A stretch of DNA of 64,000 bases from the NCBI GenBank assembly GCA_034006465.1, contig JAVEST010000001.1, positions 6,116-70,115 on the forward strand, in the 5' to 3' direction. The notes under the pieces are model-generated. The model was not told the DNA's origin and made no database searches. It worked only from the letters and a program-made list of their open reading frames with translations. This stretch comes from Sulfurimonas sp. GTDB lineage: Bacteria > Campylobacterota > Campylobacteria > Campylobacterales > Sulfurimonadaceae. Positions 9,290 through 19,065 of this stretch are shown one piece after another. Numbering within the stretch: the stretch's first letter is position 1; each line of letters opens with the position of its first letter. The position numbers were made by a program, and so were the translations under genes.

Positions 9290-9428
9290 GTTTATAGATG
9301 AATCAGAGGGTTTAATTAATAATGTAAAATTCATAGTCAAAAAAAAAGAGTACTTTTAATAACGAACTCTAAAACTAGAGGGTATAATCTTTTTTAGAAA
9401 AACATAACTCTTACTGTTGGATAATTTC

Positions 9429-9761
9429 ATGAAAAACATTTTAATATTAGCTCTTTTGTTAAGTTTAGCCCAAGGGGATGTTGTAAAAAAAAATACACTC
9501 GCTTGTCCTAGTGTTGAGGCACTAAGAGGTGCACCCCTTAGTAAAGATGATGATCCTATGAGTCTTAGTCTTTATAGCATTGCAAATAATTGCATCATCA
9601 TAAGTCATAAGGACAAGATTGAGGCGATTGGATATGATCCATCAAATACAAAAGAGATGTTTCAAAAAATCATCTATAAAAAAACAGGGGCGACTCTTTA
9701 TATCTTAAAGTCGAGCATAGATGTTGAGCAAAGTGGTAAGAAAAACACTATAAGATTTTAA
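9429..9761 (+). CDS. Hypothetical exported protein with two Cys
   Basis: Signal-peptide-like MKNILILALLLSLAQG; start set at ATG 9429; TATAAT at 9383-9388 upstream. Confidence 0.7.
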   Translation: MKNILILALLLSLAQGDVVKKNTLACPSVEALRGAPLSKDDDPMSLSLYSIANNCIIISHKDKIEAIGYDPSNTKEMFQKIIYKKTGATLYILKSSIDVEQSGKKNTIRF

Positions 9762-9833
9762 AGTGACAAAATAGAACTACGAAACCCTTTTAAAACAAGC
9801 TAAAATGTCATAAATACAAAGTGAGGTTTTAGC

Positions 9834-10613
9834 ATGAAAGTAGTACTAACAATAGCGGGATCTGACAGTAGCGGTGGCGCTGGGATTCAGGCTGATTTAA
9901 AAACCTTTGAAGCTTTTGGTGTTTTTGGCGCATCTGCTATAACTGTGCTTACTGCACAAAATACTATGGGCGTTAGTGACATCTATGAAGTAGAAGCTTC
10001 ATTTGTAAAAGAGCAGATAGAATCGGTCTTACAAGACTTTGATGTGGCAGCTATAAAGATTGGGATGCTCTACTCAAAAGAGATTATAGATGTAGTAAAA
10101 GAGATGATTAAACCTCTAAAAATTCCTATAGTTTTAGACCCAGTCTTTATCTCAAAAGCAAACTCTAAACTACTCAAGCAAGATGCTATAGATGCCATGA
10201 AAGAGCTGTTTGAGTATGTGAGCATTATCACCCCAAACACCTATGAGGCTGAGACGCTGTTTAACTACAAGTTTGGAGATACTCCATCACTTGAAAAAAT
10301 CTTCTGTCAAACTTGTAAAGTTCTTATAAAAAACCATATCTTAGAAGTAAAAGATAAAAAGATAAGCATAGACCAGCTCTTTTTTGGACATGAAAAAAGA
10401 GTTTTTCAAACCCTTTACATCGACTCTAGCAGTGTTCATGGAACAGGTTGTTCATACTCAAGTGCCATAGCTGCAAACTTAGCACTTGGAAAAAGTCTTG
10501 AAGAGTCTATAGAGATATCTAAAAAATTTATCCACGATGCTATACTAAACGCTCCTAAAATCGGACACTCAAGAGGACCAATAAATCATAAAATTGCAGG
10601 AGAGATGCAATGA
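9834..10613 (+). CDS. thiD: Hydroxymethylpyrimidine/phosphomethylpyrimidine kinase
   Basis: TIAGSDSSGGAGIQADLKTF, TAQNT, KIGML, HGTGCSYSSAIA. Confidence 0.95.
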   Translation: MKVVLTIAGSDSSGGAGIQADLKTFEAFGVFGASAITVLTAQNTMGVSDIYEVEASFVKEQIESVLQDFDVAAIKIGMLYSKEIIDVVKEMIKPLKIPIVLDPVFISKANSKLLKQDAIDAMKELFEYVSIITPNTYEAETLFNYKFGDTPSLEKIFCQTCKVLIKNHILEVKDKKISIDQLFFGHEKRVFQTLYIDSSSVHGTGCSYSSAIAANLALGKSLEESIEISKKFIHDAILNAPKIGHSRGPINHKIAGEMQ

Positions 10614-11560
10614 TAAAAATAGCAGTCTCAGCTTGTCTTTTAGGTGATAAGGTTCGTTTTGATGCTGGACATAAGAGAGACTCATTTGTAGTAGATGAGC
10701 TAGGAGCTTATGCTGAGTATGTCTCTTTCTGCCCTGAAAATATCGCTTTTGGCTCGCCACGGCCTTCCATCAGGATGGTAAGGGGCGAAGATGATTCACT
10801 TCATATCATCTCAAACAAAACAAAAGAAGATCTTACAGATGCCTTAAAAGAGCACTCAAAAATAGAGCTACAAAAGATAAAGTCGCAAAATATAAGGGGC
10901 ATCATCTTAAAGTCAAAATCCCCAACTTGTGGGCTTATGAGCTCTAAAGTTTACTTAGAAAATGGTTTTGCAGATAGCAAGGATGATGGAGTATTTGCAT
11001 CTATGTGCAAAGAGGAGTTTGGCTACTTTCCCATAGAAGAAGAGGGCAGACTCTGTGATGCTTGGCTTAGAGAAAACTTTGTGATGCAACTCTTTGCTTA
11101 TAATGATTTTGAAGAGTTTAAAGTAGATGCAACGATGGGTAAGTTAGTTGATTTTCACAAATCTTACAAGTTTTTACTCCAATCAAAAGATGAAAGCATC
11201 TACAGAGAATTAGGTCGCATAGTGGGAAATCACGAGCAAAAGAGTTTTGAGGCCACTTTAAGCGAGTATGAGTTGCTTTTTAAAAAGACTATCTCACAAA
11301 AAAGTAGTGTTGGCAAGACTAGAAATGTGCTTGAACATATGAGTGGATTTATAAAGAACTTTTTAGATAGTTCTGAGAAGCAGATGCTCCATGCTCAGAT
11401 AGATGATTATGTGGCTAAAATCATCCCGCTTGTAGTTCCTCTGAGCACGCTTAGACTCTATGCAACAAAGTATAAAGTGAACTATCTGCTAGAGCAGAGA
11501 TTTTTAGATCCGTATCCAAAAGAGTTAGCACTTCGCTCAGAGATTAAAAGCACAAAATGA
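10610..11560 (+). CDS. DUF523 (2-thiouracil desulfurase-like) + DUF1722 protein, YbgA family
   Basis: VSACLLG, FCPE and KSKSPTCG Cys motifs; C-terminal LVDFH..YKFLL and YLLEQRFLDPYP; directly upstream of the photolyase. Confidence 0.88.
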   Translation: MIKIAVSACLLGDKVRFDAGHKRDSFVVDELGAYAEYVSFCPENIAFGSPRPSIRMVRGEDDSLHIISNKTKEDLTDALKEHSKIELQKIKSQNIRGIILKSKSPTCGLMSSKVYLENGFADSKDDGVFASMCKEEFGYFPIEEEGRLCDAWLRENFVMQLFAYNDFEEFKVDATMGKLVDFHKSYKFLLQSKDESIYRELGRIVGNHEQKSFEATLSEYELLFKKTISQKSSVGKTRNVLEHMSGFIKNFLDSSEKQMLHAQIDDYVAKIIPLVVPLSTLRLYATKYKVNYLLEQRFLDPYPKELALRSEIKSTK

Positions 11561-12900
11561 GAAAAATTCTCTGGTTTAGGCGAGATTTAAGAGTAAATGA
11601 CAATCCACTTCTATCTTGTGAGGGGGAAGTTTTACCTATTTTTATCTTTGATAAAGAGATTTTAGATGCACTAGATGCAGATGATAAAAGAGTTAGTTTT
11701 ATATATGAGAGTGTTGTAAAACTAAAGGATGAACTTCGTCTGATCGGGCTTGAGCTTAGAGTTTTTTATGGAGATGTTCGAGATGTGTTTTCCTACCTTT
11801 GTAGTTTTGGCTTTGATGAGGTTGTGGCATCTGGAGACTACGATGAGTACGCAAAAGAGAGAGATTTAAGAGTCTCGCACAAACTTCACTTTAGATATAT
11901 ACAAGATACCTACATCTTCAGGCATAACGAGGTTTTAAAAGATGATGGAAGCGCTTATCTTGTTTTTACTCCCTTTTACAAAAGAGCAAAACCTATCTTA
12001 GAGAGTAAAAGCATAGATGAAGTAAAAAGAGCCAAGCAGACTCTCTTTAGCTTCGACTATGAGGGTTTAGCAAAAGTATATGCAGATAGAAATATCTCAA
12101 AAGTAGAGTTAAATATCCAAAATATTGGCTTCATAAATATAGAACTTGAAATAATCTGCCCCTATAAAAAGCTAGAAGATTTAGTAGAAAAACTTCCTAG
12201 ATATAAAGAAGATAGAGATTACTTAAGTCTTGACTCAAGCTCGCATCTAAGTGTTGATTTGAGGTTTGGGACTATTGGTATTAGAGAGATTTTAAGACGA
12301 GTTTTACCTCTACAAAACTCTGAAGCATTTGTAAGACAGCTTATTTTTAGAGACTTTTATGCTTACTTGCTTTTTCATCTGCCATATATCGAGCATAAAA
12401 ACTACAAACACAGCTTTAATGGCATAGAAGATGAGCAGAAGTTTAAGGCTTTTTGTGAGGCTAAAACTGGTGTACCCATAGTAGATGCAGGAGTGCGAGA
12501 GCTTATAAACACAGGTAAGATGCAAAACCGCGTTCGCATGGTTGTGGCATCTTTTTTTACAAAAGATTTACTTCTTCCATGGCAGTGGGGAGAGAGCTTT
12601 TTTGCAAAGCATCTCTTAGACTTTGACAAGGCTAGTAATGTTTTATCGTGGCAGTGGAGTGCTGGAACTGGGGTTGATCCGCAACCATATTTTAGAGTTT
12701 TTAACCCATATTTGCAAAGTAAAAAGTTTGACAAAGATGGCATCTATATAAAAAAACATCTAAAAGAGTTAAAAGATTTGGACTCAAAATATCTTCACAA
12801 TGAAGAGTATCTTTTAGCTAACTCTATACAAGGCTATCCAAAACCGATGCTAAAACACAAAGAAGCCGCAAAAAAAGCTATAGAGATTTTTAAAGCATAG
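11557..12900 (+). CDS. phrB: DNA photolyase/cryptochrome family protein (class I CPD-like)
   Basis: WFRRDLRVNDN, TGVPIVDAGVREL..TG.MQNRVRM, DFDKASNVLSWQWSAGTG, FRVFNP..QSKKFD. Confidence 0.9.
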   Translation: MRKILWFRRDLRVNDNPLLSCEGEVLPIFIFDKEILDALDADDKRVSFIYESVVKLKDELRLIGLELRVFYGDVRDVFSYLCSFGFDEVVASGDYDEYAKERDLRVSHKLHFRYIQDTYIFRHNEVLKDDGSAYLVFTPFYKRAKPILESKSIDEVKRAKQTLFSFDYEGLAKVYADRNISKVELNIQNIGFINIELEIICPYKKLEDLVEKLPRYKEDRDYLSLDSSSHLSVDLRFGTIGIREILRRVLPLQNSEAFVRQLIFRDFYAYLLFHLPYIEHKNYKHSFNGIEDEQKFKAFCEAKTGVPIVDAGVRELINTGKMQNRVRMVVASFFTKDLLLPWQWGESFFAKHLLDFDKASNVLSWQWSAGTGVDPQPYFRVFNPYLQSKKFDKDGIYIKKHLKELKDLDSKYLHNEEYLLANSIQGYPKPMLKHKEAAKKAIEIFKA

Positions 12901-12981
12901 ATAAAGTAGTTATCAACTAACATTTAAAACCTACCAAGTGTGTAAAAAAAAAGTTAAAATATTTAAAGATAAAGGGAGAGG

Positions 12982-13878
12982 ATGATGAAGATAAAAGTAG
13001 CGTTAGAGTGGTTTGTAAACCCCGACCATCTAGCTATGATAGCTGGAGTTCATAGTGGCAAGTATAAAGAAGCTGGGCTTGAGGTTGAGATAATCGAGCC
13101 TAAAGAGCACTATGATGGGTTTGAGGATTTAAAGAGTAGCAAGATAGATATACATTGTAATGAGCCTCTGCATCTATTTGAGCATTATTTTGATGGTATA
13201 AAATCTTTGGGATGTTTTTTTCAAACTAGAGGCGGGGTTATGATGCGAGCTTCAAGTGTGGCAAAACTGCGAGCAAATGAGAAGATAAAGATAACAACAC
13301 CAGCTTCAAATCCTACTACAAACAAGCTCGGTTTTGAGATTTTAAAAAGATATGCGAAGAAAAATCACTTTACAATAGATGTGAAAAATGTAGAATTTGT
13401 AGAGACAGACTTCTGGCATCTTAAAAATCTTACAGAGGATAAGAGCTTTGATGGAGCGTGGTTGTGTTTTTACAACTTTGAGGGCATTGAGGCTAGGGAA
13501 CTTGGCTTTGAGAATCTCTTTATAGATCAGTTTGAGTCTCCTTATCCAAACTTCTCAGCACTAGAATTTATGAGCACAGAGGAGATTTTAGAGCAAAAAG
13601 GTGAGGCGATTTGTGAGTTTTTAAGAGTGACAAGCGAGATGAGTAGTTATGTTAAGGCAAACCCACTTGAAGCAAAAACTATATATTATGACTACACAAA
13701 ACAGGAGAAAACAAAACTTATGGATGAGATTATCTCAGAGACACTCTCAAGACTAGAAACAGAGATTGTAAGTGACTCTAGGAAATGGAGAGATTTGTAT
13801 GAGTTTTTAGAGGAATTAGAACTTGTAAAATTAACAGATGATGAGTATGCTAAAATATGGCAGGTTAAAGGCCACTAA
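12982..13878 (+). CDS. NMT1/THI5-like (ThiY-type) substrate-binding-fold protein
   Basis: ALEWFVNPDHL N-terminal motif, YKEAGLEVEI; no signal peptide and no adjacent permease. Confidence 0.75.
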   Translation: MMKIKVALEWFVNPDHLAMIAGVHSGKYKEAGLEVEIIEPKEHYDGFEDLKSSKIDIHCNEPLHLFEHYFDGIKSLGCFFQTRGGVMMRASSVAKLRANEKIKITTPASNPTTNKLGFEILKRYAKKNHFTIDVKNVEFVETDFWHLKNLTEDKSFDGAWLCFYNFEGIEARELGFENLFIDQFESPYPNFSALEFMSTEEILEQKGEAICEFLRVTSEMSSYVKANPLEAKTIYYDYTKQEKTKLMDEIISETLSRLETEIVSDSRKWRDLYEFLEELELVKLTDDEYAKIWQVKGH

Positions 13879-13888
13879 GGAATTTAAG

Positions 13889-14344
13889 ATGAGGGTATTT
13901 GAGAAAGTCTCGGTTATTAAATGTAGTGTTGAAGATTTGTTTGACTTTCATCTTGATGTAAAAAACCTAGAAATTATAACTCCACCTGATATGAAAGTAG
14001 AACTCTTAAGTGAGCTAACTACTCCAAAGGTTGGAGATATATTGAGATTAAAAAGTACAAAAGGTTTTATAAGTAGTGTTTGGGAAGTTGAAGTAAAAGA
14101 GCTAGTTCGCCCAAACTTACTTCTTGATGAGGCATTAAAATCGCCTTTTAAGACATTTAGACACTCTCATATCTTTTTAGAAGTTGATGATGGATGTTGT
14201 GAGTTAAGGGATGTTATAGAGTATGAGCTCCCTTTTGGATTTGTTGGGAATCTTTTTGACTTTGTTATAAGATCTGAATTTAAAAAGATGTTTGAGCATC
14301 GCCATAGAGAGACTAAGAGAATTTTAGAATTAAATAAAGGATAA
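13889..14344 (+). CDS. SRPBCC-family ligand-binding protein
   Basis: VEDLFDFH.DVKNLEIITPP, SPFKTFRHSH.F, DVIEYELPFG, F.HRH; start set at ATG 13889. Confidence 0.85.
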   Translation: MRVFEKVSVIKCSVEDLFDFHLDVKNLEIITPPDMKVELLSELTTPKVGDILRLKSTKGFISSVWEVEVKELVRPNLLLDEALKSPFKTFRHSHIFLEVDDGCCELRDVIEYELPFGFVGNLFDFVIRSEFKKMFEHRHRETKRILELNKG

Positions 14345-14347
14345 AAA

Positions 14348-14611
14348 ATGTTAAAAGAATTATTACATACTGGTATCGGTGCGGCTGTTATTTTAAAGCA
14401 AAAAGTTGAAGATGAACTAAAAAAGCTTGAAGATGAGGGAAAGATAAAGACAAGAGATGCAAAGAGTTTTTTAGAGTCCATAGAGACTAAAGGCAAAGAG
14501 GAAGAGCAAAGAGTAAAAGAGCAGTTAAAGTCAACTCTAAAAGAAGTTATAGATGAGCTAGGCCTTGCTACAAAAGAGGACTTAGCTAAACTAAAAGAGG
14601 ATTTAAAATAG
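14348..14611 (+). CDS. Phasin-like/PhaI-like small coiled-coil protein
   Basis: LKELLHTGIGA...LGLATKEDLAKL pattern; precedes the AarF kinase. Confidence 0.65.
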   Translation: MLKELLHTGIGAAVILKQKVEDELKKLEDEGKIKTRDAKSFLESIETKGKEEEQRVKEQLKSTLKEVIDELGLATKEDLAKLKEDLK

Positions 14612-16152
14612 ACTCGCTTAAATACTACTCGCCTAGAAGAGTTTACAGAGTCTTTAGCTTTTTACTAACTATATATCTAGTTATAAAAAAGAGAGAGAGC
14701 TTTTTGGGGTTTAAGCCACTTAAACCAAAAGAGCTAAAAGAGACCATAGTTTTTTTAGGTGCGAGTTTTATAAAATTAGCACAAGTTTTAGCTACTCGCT
14801 CAGACTTTTTTGATAAAGAGTATCTTGATGAGTTAAAAGAGCTTCACGATTCACTTCCAGCTATGAGTGAGAGTGAGTTTGAAGAGGTTTATGCAAGAAG
14901 TTTTAAGCAAGACAGTTTTGCAAGTTTTGATAAAAAACCCATAGCATCTGCATCTATTGGACAAGTCCATGTCGCTTTTACACATGAGGGGCAAAAAGTA
15001 GCTGTAAAACTTCGCCGCATAAGTATCTACTCCCAAGTAATGGCGGATATAAAGATTATCAAGAGTTTTAATTCACTCTTTAGACCACTCTTTTCGCACC
15101 ACACAAAAAACTCCATTGAAGCTGTAATAGTTGAATTTTCAAAGATGATAAAAGAAGAGGTAAGCCTAAGTAAAGAGCTAAGTAACCTAGTGAAGTTTTC
15201 ATCAATGTACAAAGATGCAGGAGTTAGGTTTCCAGTCCCACTACCAAAGCTTTGCAGTGATGATGCTCTTGTTATGAGCTTTGAAGAGGGTTTTAGGTTT
15301 GATGATAAGAAGAGTATTTTAAGTCATAAGATAGACTTTAGAGCCATCATAGCAAAGCTAGTTGATTTTTATACAACTCAGATGCTCATAAACGGTTACT
15401 TTCACGCAGATCCGCATCCTGGAAATCTCTTAGTCTCAAAAGAGGGAGAGCTTATACTTCTTGACTTTGGGATGGTAAAGAGCGTTCCAAACTATGCAAG
15501 AGTTGCCATCATTGAACTTATAAAAGCTGCAAATGAGCAAGATTATGAACGCTATATTGCGGCAAATAAAAAGCTAGGAACCATCGCTTATGAAGCTCCA
15601 ACTGAGAGACTAGCTGAATTTAGTGCAAAAATGTTTGAGATATTCTCAAACGACAATCTTAGTAGCGAATCCATGCAAGAACTAGCTTTTGAAGTCTTAG
15701 AAACTACAAGGGATATGCCTTTTAAACTACCAAGTGATGCTATCTATATACTTAGAGTGAGTGCTATTATAGAAGGACTTGGGACTACTTATATAGAAAA
15801 CTTTAACGGTGTAAAAGACATACTTCCGATCTTGCAAAAAAACATCCCCAAGGCTTTGGGTGCGAAAGAGAGCATCTTAGAGACTCTTATAGATGAGATA
15901 AAAGATATTCCTTTTATAGTAAAAGATTTTAAAGGTGCTATAAAAAAGATAAGTTCAGATGAGCTTCAAGTAGAGATTTTAAGCGACCAACTAGAGTGGA
16001 TAAAAAGAGATGCAAAGAGTGAAGTAAAATCCTATGCTATCTCATTTACTCTTATGATAGGTTCTATCTTTATGTTGCTTTATGATAAGGAGCTCAAAGA
16101 GATGGCAGCCATTCTCTTTTTAGCTGGTGTAGCAAGAGTTATATATAGATAA
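14608..16152 (+). CDS. AarF/UbiB/ABC1-family atypical kinase (start uncertain: ATA 14608 or TTG 14704)
   Basis: FIKLAQVLATRSD, PIASASIGQVH, VAVK, FHADPHPGN, LLDFGMV; the frame is open back to 14590. Confidence 0.9.
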   Translation: MDSLKYYSPRRVYRVFSFLLTIYLVIKKRESFLGFKPLKPKELKETIVFLGASFIKLAQVLATRSDFFDKEYLDELKELHDSLPAMSESEFEEVYARSFKQDSFASFDKKPIASASIGQVHVAFTHEGQKVAVKLRRISIYSQVMADIKIIKSFNSLFRPLFSHHTKNSIEAVIVEFSKMIKEEVSLSKELSNLVKFSSMYKDAGVRFPVPLPKLCSDDALVMSFEEGFRFDDKKSILSHKIDFRAIIAKLVDFYTTQMLINGYFHADPHPGNLLVSKEGELILLDFGMVKSVPNYARVAIIELIKAANEQDYERYIAANKKLGTIAYEAPTERLAEFSAKMFEIFSNDNLSSESMQELAFEVLETTRDMPFKLPSDAIYILRVSAIIEGLGTTYIENFNGVKDILPILQKNIPKALGAKESILETLIDEIKDIPFIVKDFKGAIKKISSDELQVEILSDQLEWIKRDAKSEVKSYAISFTLMIGSIFMLLYDKELKEMAAILFLAGVARVIYR

Positions 16153-16231
16153 GTTTATGAACTAACAAAACTGAGCTACAAATAGTTCACAGTAGATGCT
16201 AAGATGTTCAAATATACCCAAAGAGGCGAAA

Positions 16232-16606
16232 ATGAGTAAAAAAATAGCAGTGATTTTAATAGCACACGGAAGTAAAAGGTCAGAATCAAATGAAGAGTTT
16301 AAAACACTTGTTAAAAAAGTAAAAGAAGAAAACACTCGTTTTGATGTAGTAGAGTTTGCTTTTTTAGAGTTAGCACAGCCGAGCATTGAAGATGTGATAG
16401 AGAAGATGCATGAGATGAAAATAGATGAAGTTTTTCTATATCCTTACTTTTTAAACAGCGGAAAACATGTAGCAGTTGATATTCTAAGCATAGCTCGTGA
16501 GATGCAACTAGGCATAAAAGATATGAAGATAGAGGTTTTAAAGCACTTTGGAGCATCTTCTAGTGTGAGTAAAATCATCTCAAATGATCTAAAAAATCTT
16601 ATATAG
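16232..16606 (+). CDS. CbiX/SirB-type small sirohydrochlorin chelatase
   Basis: LIAHGSKR, AFLELAQPSI and PYFLNSGKHV motifs; start at ATG 16232 after GAGG. Confidence 0.85.
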   Translation: MSKKIAVILIAHGSKRSESNEEFKTLVKKVKEENTRFDVVEFAFLELAQPSIEDVIEKMHEMKIDEVFLYPYFLNSGKHVAVDILSIAREMQLGIKDMKIEVLKHFGASSSVSKIISNDLKNLI

Positions 16607-16614
16607 GTTTTCTG

Positions 16615-18036
16615 ATGTTTGAATATGCAGTAGTTGGTTCTGGCATCGGTGGAAGCACAATGGCAGCACTTTTAAATGCAAAAGGAAAAAGTGTAGCCCT
16701 TTTTGAAAAAGAGCCATATCTTGGAGGCTGCAGCTCCACCTTTATGCATAAAAACAGGCTTTATAATAGTGGAGCTACTACCTTTGCAGGATACGAAGAG
16801 GGCTTTGTTGTTAAAGAGATCTTTGATGAGATAGGCTTTACTCCTGATATTTTGCCAACTGATCCCTCTATTGTAGTTATTCAAAACACAAAAATAACAC
16901 CTAGATATAGTGACTTTGACAAATTTTATGAAGTAGTTAGTAAAAACTATAAACATGAGAAAAATTTAGAGTTTTGGAGGCTTGTATATGAGATCAATAG
17001 TGAATTTTACAACTATAAAACTCACTACTACTCAAACTCAAATATCATCTCTAAAACTATATCACTACTAAGTTTTATACCTCTTTTTTTAAAGTTTTAC
17101 AAATACCTAAAAGTAAATGCGAAGAGCTTTATAGAAGATTTTTTTGATGGGATAGATGAAGAGTACATGCAGTTTTTAGAGTCTCAAATCCTTATAGTTG
17201 CTCAAGCTAAAACCTATAAGATAAACTTTTTCACAGCAGCTTTGGCTTTAGGATATACCTTTAACAAAAATTACTACGCAGTTGGCGGGTTCTCAAAGCT
17301 CTTTGATGGTTTAACTCAAAACTTAGAGCATATCTACAAAAATACAGAGATATTAAGTATAAAACGTTTACCTACTCATTTTGAGTTAGTTGCAAAAAAC
17401 AAAAGCTATAGTGCAAAAAAGATTATATTAAACTCTACCATATATGACAGTGCATCTCTCTTTAGCGACAAAGAGATAAGGGCTTACTATAAAAAGTATG
17501 AAAAATTAAACAATCATCAGAGCTCATTTATGCTCTATATGACAATAAAAAGTAAAAAAAAGTTTGAGCATCACTACCAGATTATAAAAGATGATATGTT
17601 TGTGCACACTATATCAAAGGCTGTTTTTGTCTCTTTTTGGGAGATAAATCATGATGAGTTAAGCCATGAGTGGGAGTATAGCATCACTATCTCTATTCAT
17701 ACAGATGAGAGATTTTGGGAAGATAAGACAAAGTATAAAAAAAGAAAAAATGAGTTACTAAATCAACTCTTAGAGACTATACTAGAGACACTTGATATCA
17801 CTATGCTTGAAGTAAAAGAGCACTTTGGTGCTACACCTAGGACTTTTAGACGCTATATAAACAGAAGTCAACTAGGGGGCAATGCTATAACTATGAAAAA
17901 TTTTTTACCATTTTTGCCATCAAATGACACTCCCATAGAGGGACTTTTTCATGTTGGTGATAGTGTTTATGCAGCTCAAGGCTGGCCTGGGGTGATGTTT
18001 GGTGTGAAAAATCTAAAGAGGCTTTTAGATGTATAA
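16615..18036 (+). CDS. Phytoene-desaturase-like FAD oxidoreductase
   Basis: VVGSGIGG, LFEKEPYLGGCSSTF, NSGATTFAG, GATPRTF..Y, LFHVGDSVYAAQGWPGV. Confidence 0.8.
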   Translation: MFEYAVVGSGIGGSTMAALLNAKGKSVALFEKEPYLGGCSSTFMHKNRLYNSGATTFAGYEEGFVVKEIFDEIGFTPDILPTDPSIVVIQNTKITPRYSDFDKFYEVVSKNYKHEKNLEFWRLVYEINSEFYNYKTHYYSNSNIISKTISLLSFIPLFLKFYKYLKVNAKSFIEDFFDGIDEEYMQFLESQILIVAQAKTYKINFFTAALALGYTFNKNYYAVGGFSKLFDGLTQNLEHIYKNTEILSIKRLPTHFELVAKNKSYSAKKIILNSTIYDSASLFSDKEIRAYYKKYEKLNNHQSSFMLYMTIKSKKKFEHHYQIIKDDMFVHTISKAVFVSFWEINHDELSHEWEYSITISIHTDERFWEDKTKYKKRKNELLNQLLETILETLDITMLEVKEHFGATPRTFRRYINRSQLGGNAITMKNFLPFLPSNDTPIEGLFHVGDSVYAAQGWPGVMFGVKNLKRLLDV

Positions 18037-19042
18037 CATCGCACTTGAAATAAAGTCTTATGATTGGATTTACATACTTATTATCGGTGTATTTTTTGGG
18101 CTTATTATGTCCTCTTTGGGTTATGTTTTACTAGAGTATCCACTCCTTGATGGGGCTATTTTTGGAGTTATCTTAGGTTTTAGCATCACTCTTTTTTCAC
18201 TTTTTTTTATCTCATATATGAACAAAAATATCTTGCCAAAACTCAAAGAAATTTACTGGTTGCCACTCTCTATAATATTCTCTTTTTTATGTGGTTTTTT
18301 GGGTACCATCATCGCTGTTTATCTAGCAAAAACACTTGGTTTAAAACTCATAGATGCGGTAGAAGATAACATCATAACTATAGCTGTGCTTATTGGGGCT
18401 TTGACCTATATAGTTGGAGCATTGCTTTATAGGTTTGTAAAGATGAGAAACCAAAAAGATGTTATAGATAAGCAGTTTGTAGAGAGTAGGCTTCGCTCAC
18501 TAGAGACTCAGTTAAATCCGCACTTTTTGTTTAACGCTCTAAACTCCATAGCAGAACTTATCCATCAAGACAAAGATAAGGCTGAGATGGCAATACTTCG
18601 AGTATCTTCTTTTTTAAGAAACACTATGAATGAAGAGGCTCTGATAGCTCTTGGTGATGAGATTAGATATGTTAAAGAGTATATAGAGCTTGAAAATATA
18701 AGGTTTTCACAAAAAATTCAACTGCATATCTTAGGAGTCATTCCAAAGTGCTATGTTCCAAAATTCTCCATCCAACTTATAGTGGAAAATGCCATAAAAC
18801 ACGGCTTTTTAAGTAATAAAGAGTTTTTAAATATAGAGATTGATTTTGATGAGAGTAACAAAACTATAAGCATCTCAAACGATGGAGAACCTATGCAAAA
18901 GAAGAGTTTTGGAGTAGGGCTTAGTAACCTAAATCAGCGCTTAGAACTTTTATGCAGAGGCTCACTAAAGATAGAGAGCTATGATAGAGTCTGTTTTACT
19001 GTATCTCTAGGAGAGTGCTGCGAGAGCCTTTATAGCAGATGA
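18029..19042 (+). CDS. LytS/YehU-type membrane sensor histidine kinase
   Basis: Four TM helices, LETQLNPHFLFNALNSI (His_kinase), VENAIKHG, NDG, GVGLSNL. Confidence 0.92.
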   Translation: MYNIALEIKSYDWIYILIIGVFFGLIMSSLGYVLLEYPLLDGAIFGVILGFSITLFSLFFISYMNKNILPKLKEIYWLPLSIIFSFLCGFLGTIIAVYLAKTLGLKLIDAVEDNIITIAVLIGALTYIVGALLYRFVKMRNQKDVIDKQFVESRLRSLETQLNPHFLFNALNSIAELIHQDKDKAEMAILRVSSFLRNTMNEEALIALGDEIRYVKEYIELENIRFSQKIQLHILGVIPKCYVPKFSIQLIVENAIKHGFLSNKEFLNIEIDFDESNKTISISNDGEPMQKKSFGVGLSNLNQRLELLCRGSLKIESYDRVCFTVSLGECCESLYSR

Positions 19043-19043
19043 T
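18973..19043 (+). repeat. Left copy of a 71-bp imperfect direct repeat (sensor/regulator junction)
   Basis: 60/71 identical to 21563-21633 by manual ungapped alignment. Confidence 0.9.
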
Positions 19044-19065
19044 ATAAGTGGATGCTAGAGATTTT

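Noticed and set aside
9762-9833. TPP riboswitch upstream of thiD or the THI5-like gene
   Set aside because: The spacers are short and AT-rich and lack the conserved CUGAGA/GGG core.
12944-12952. A9 tracts (also near 9339-9347) as phase-variable promoters
   Set aside because: A/T runs upstream of -10 boxes are ordinary in this AT-rich lineage; no long G/C tract was seen in any CDS.
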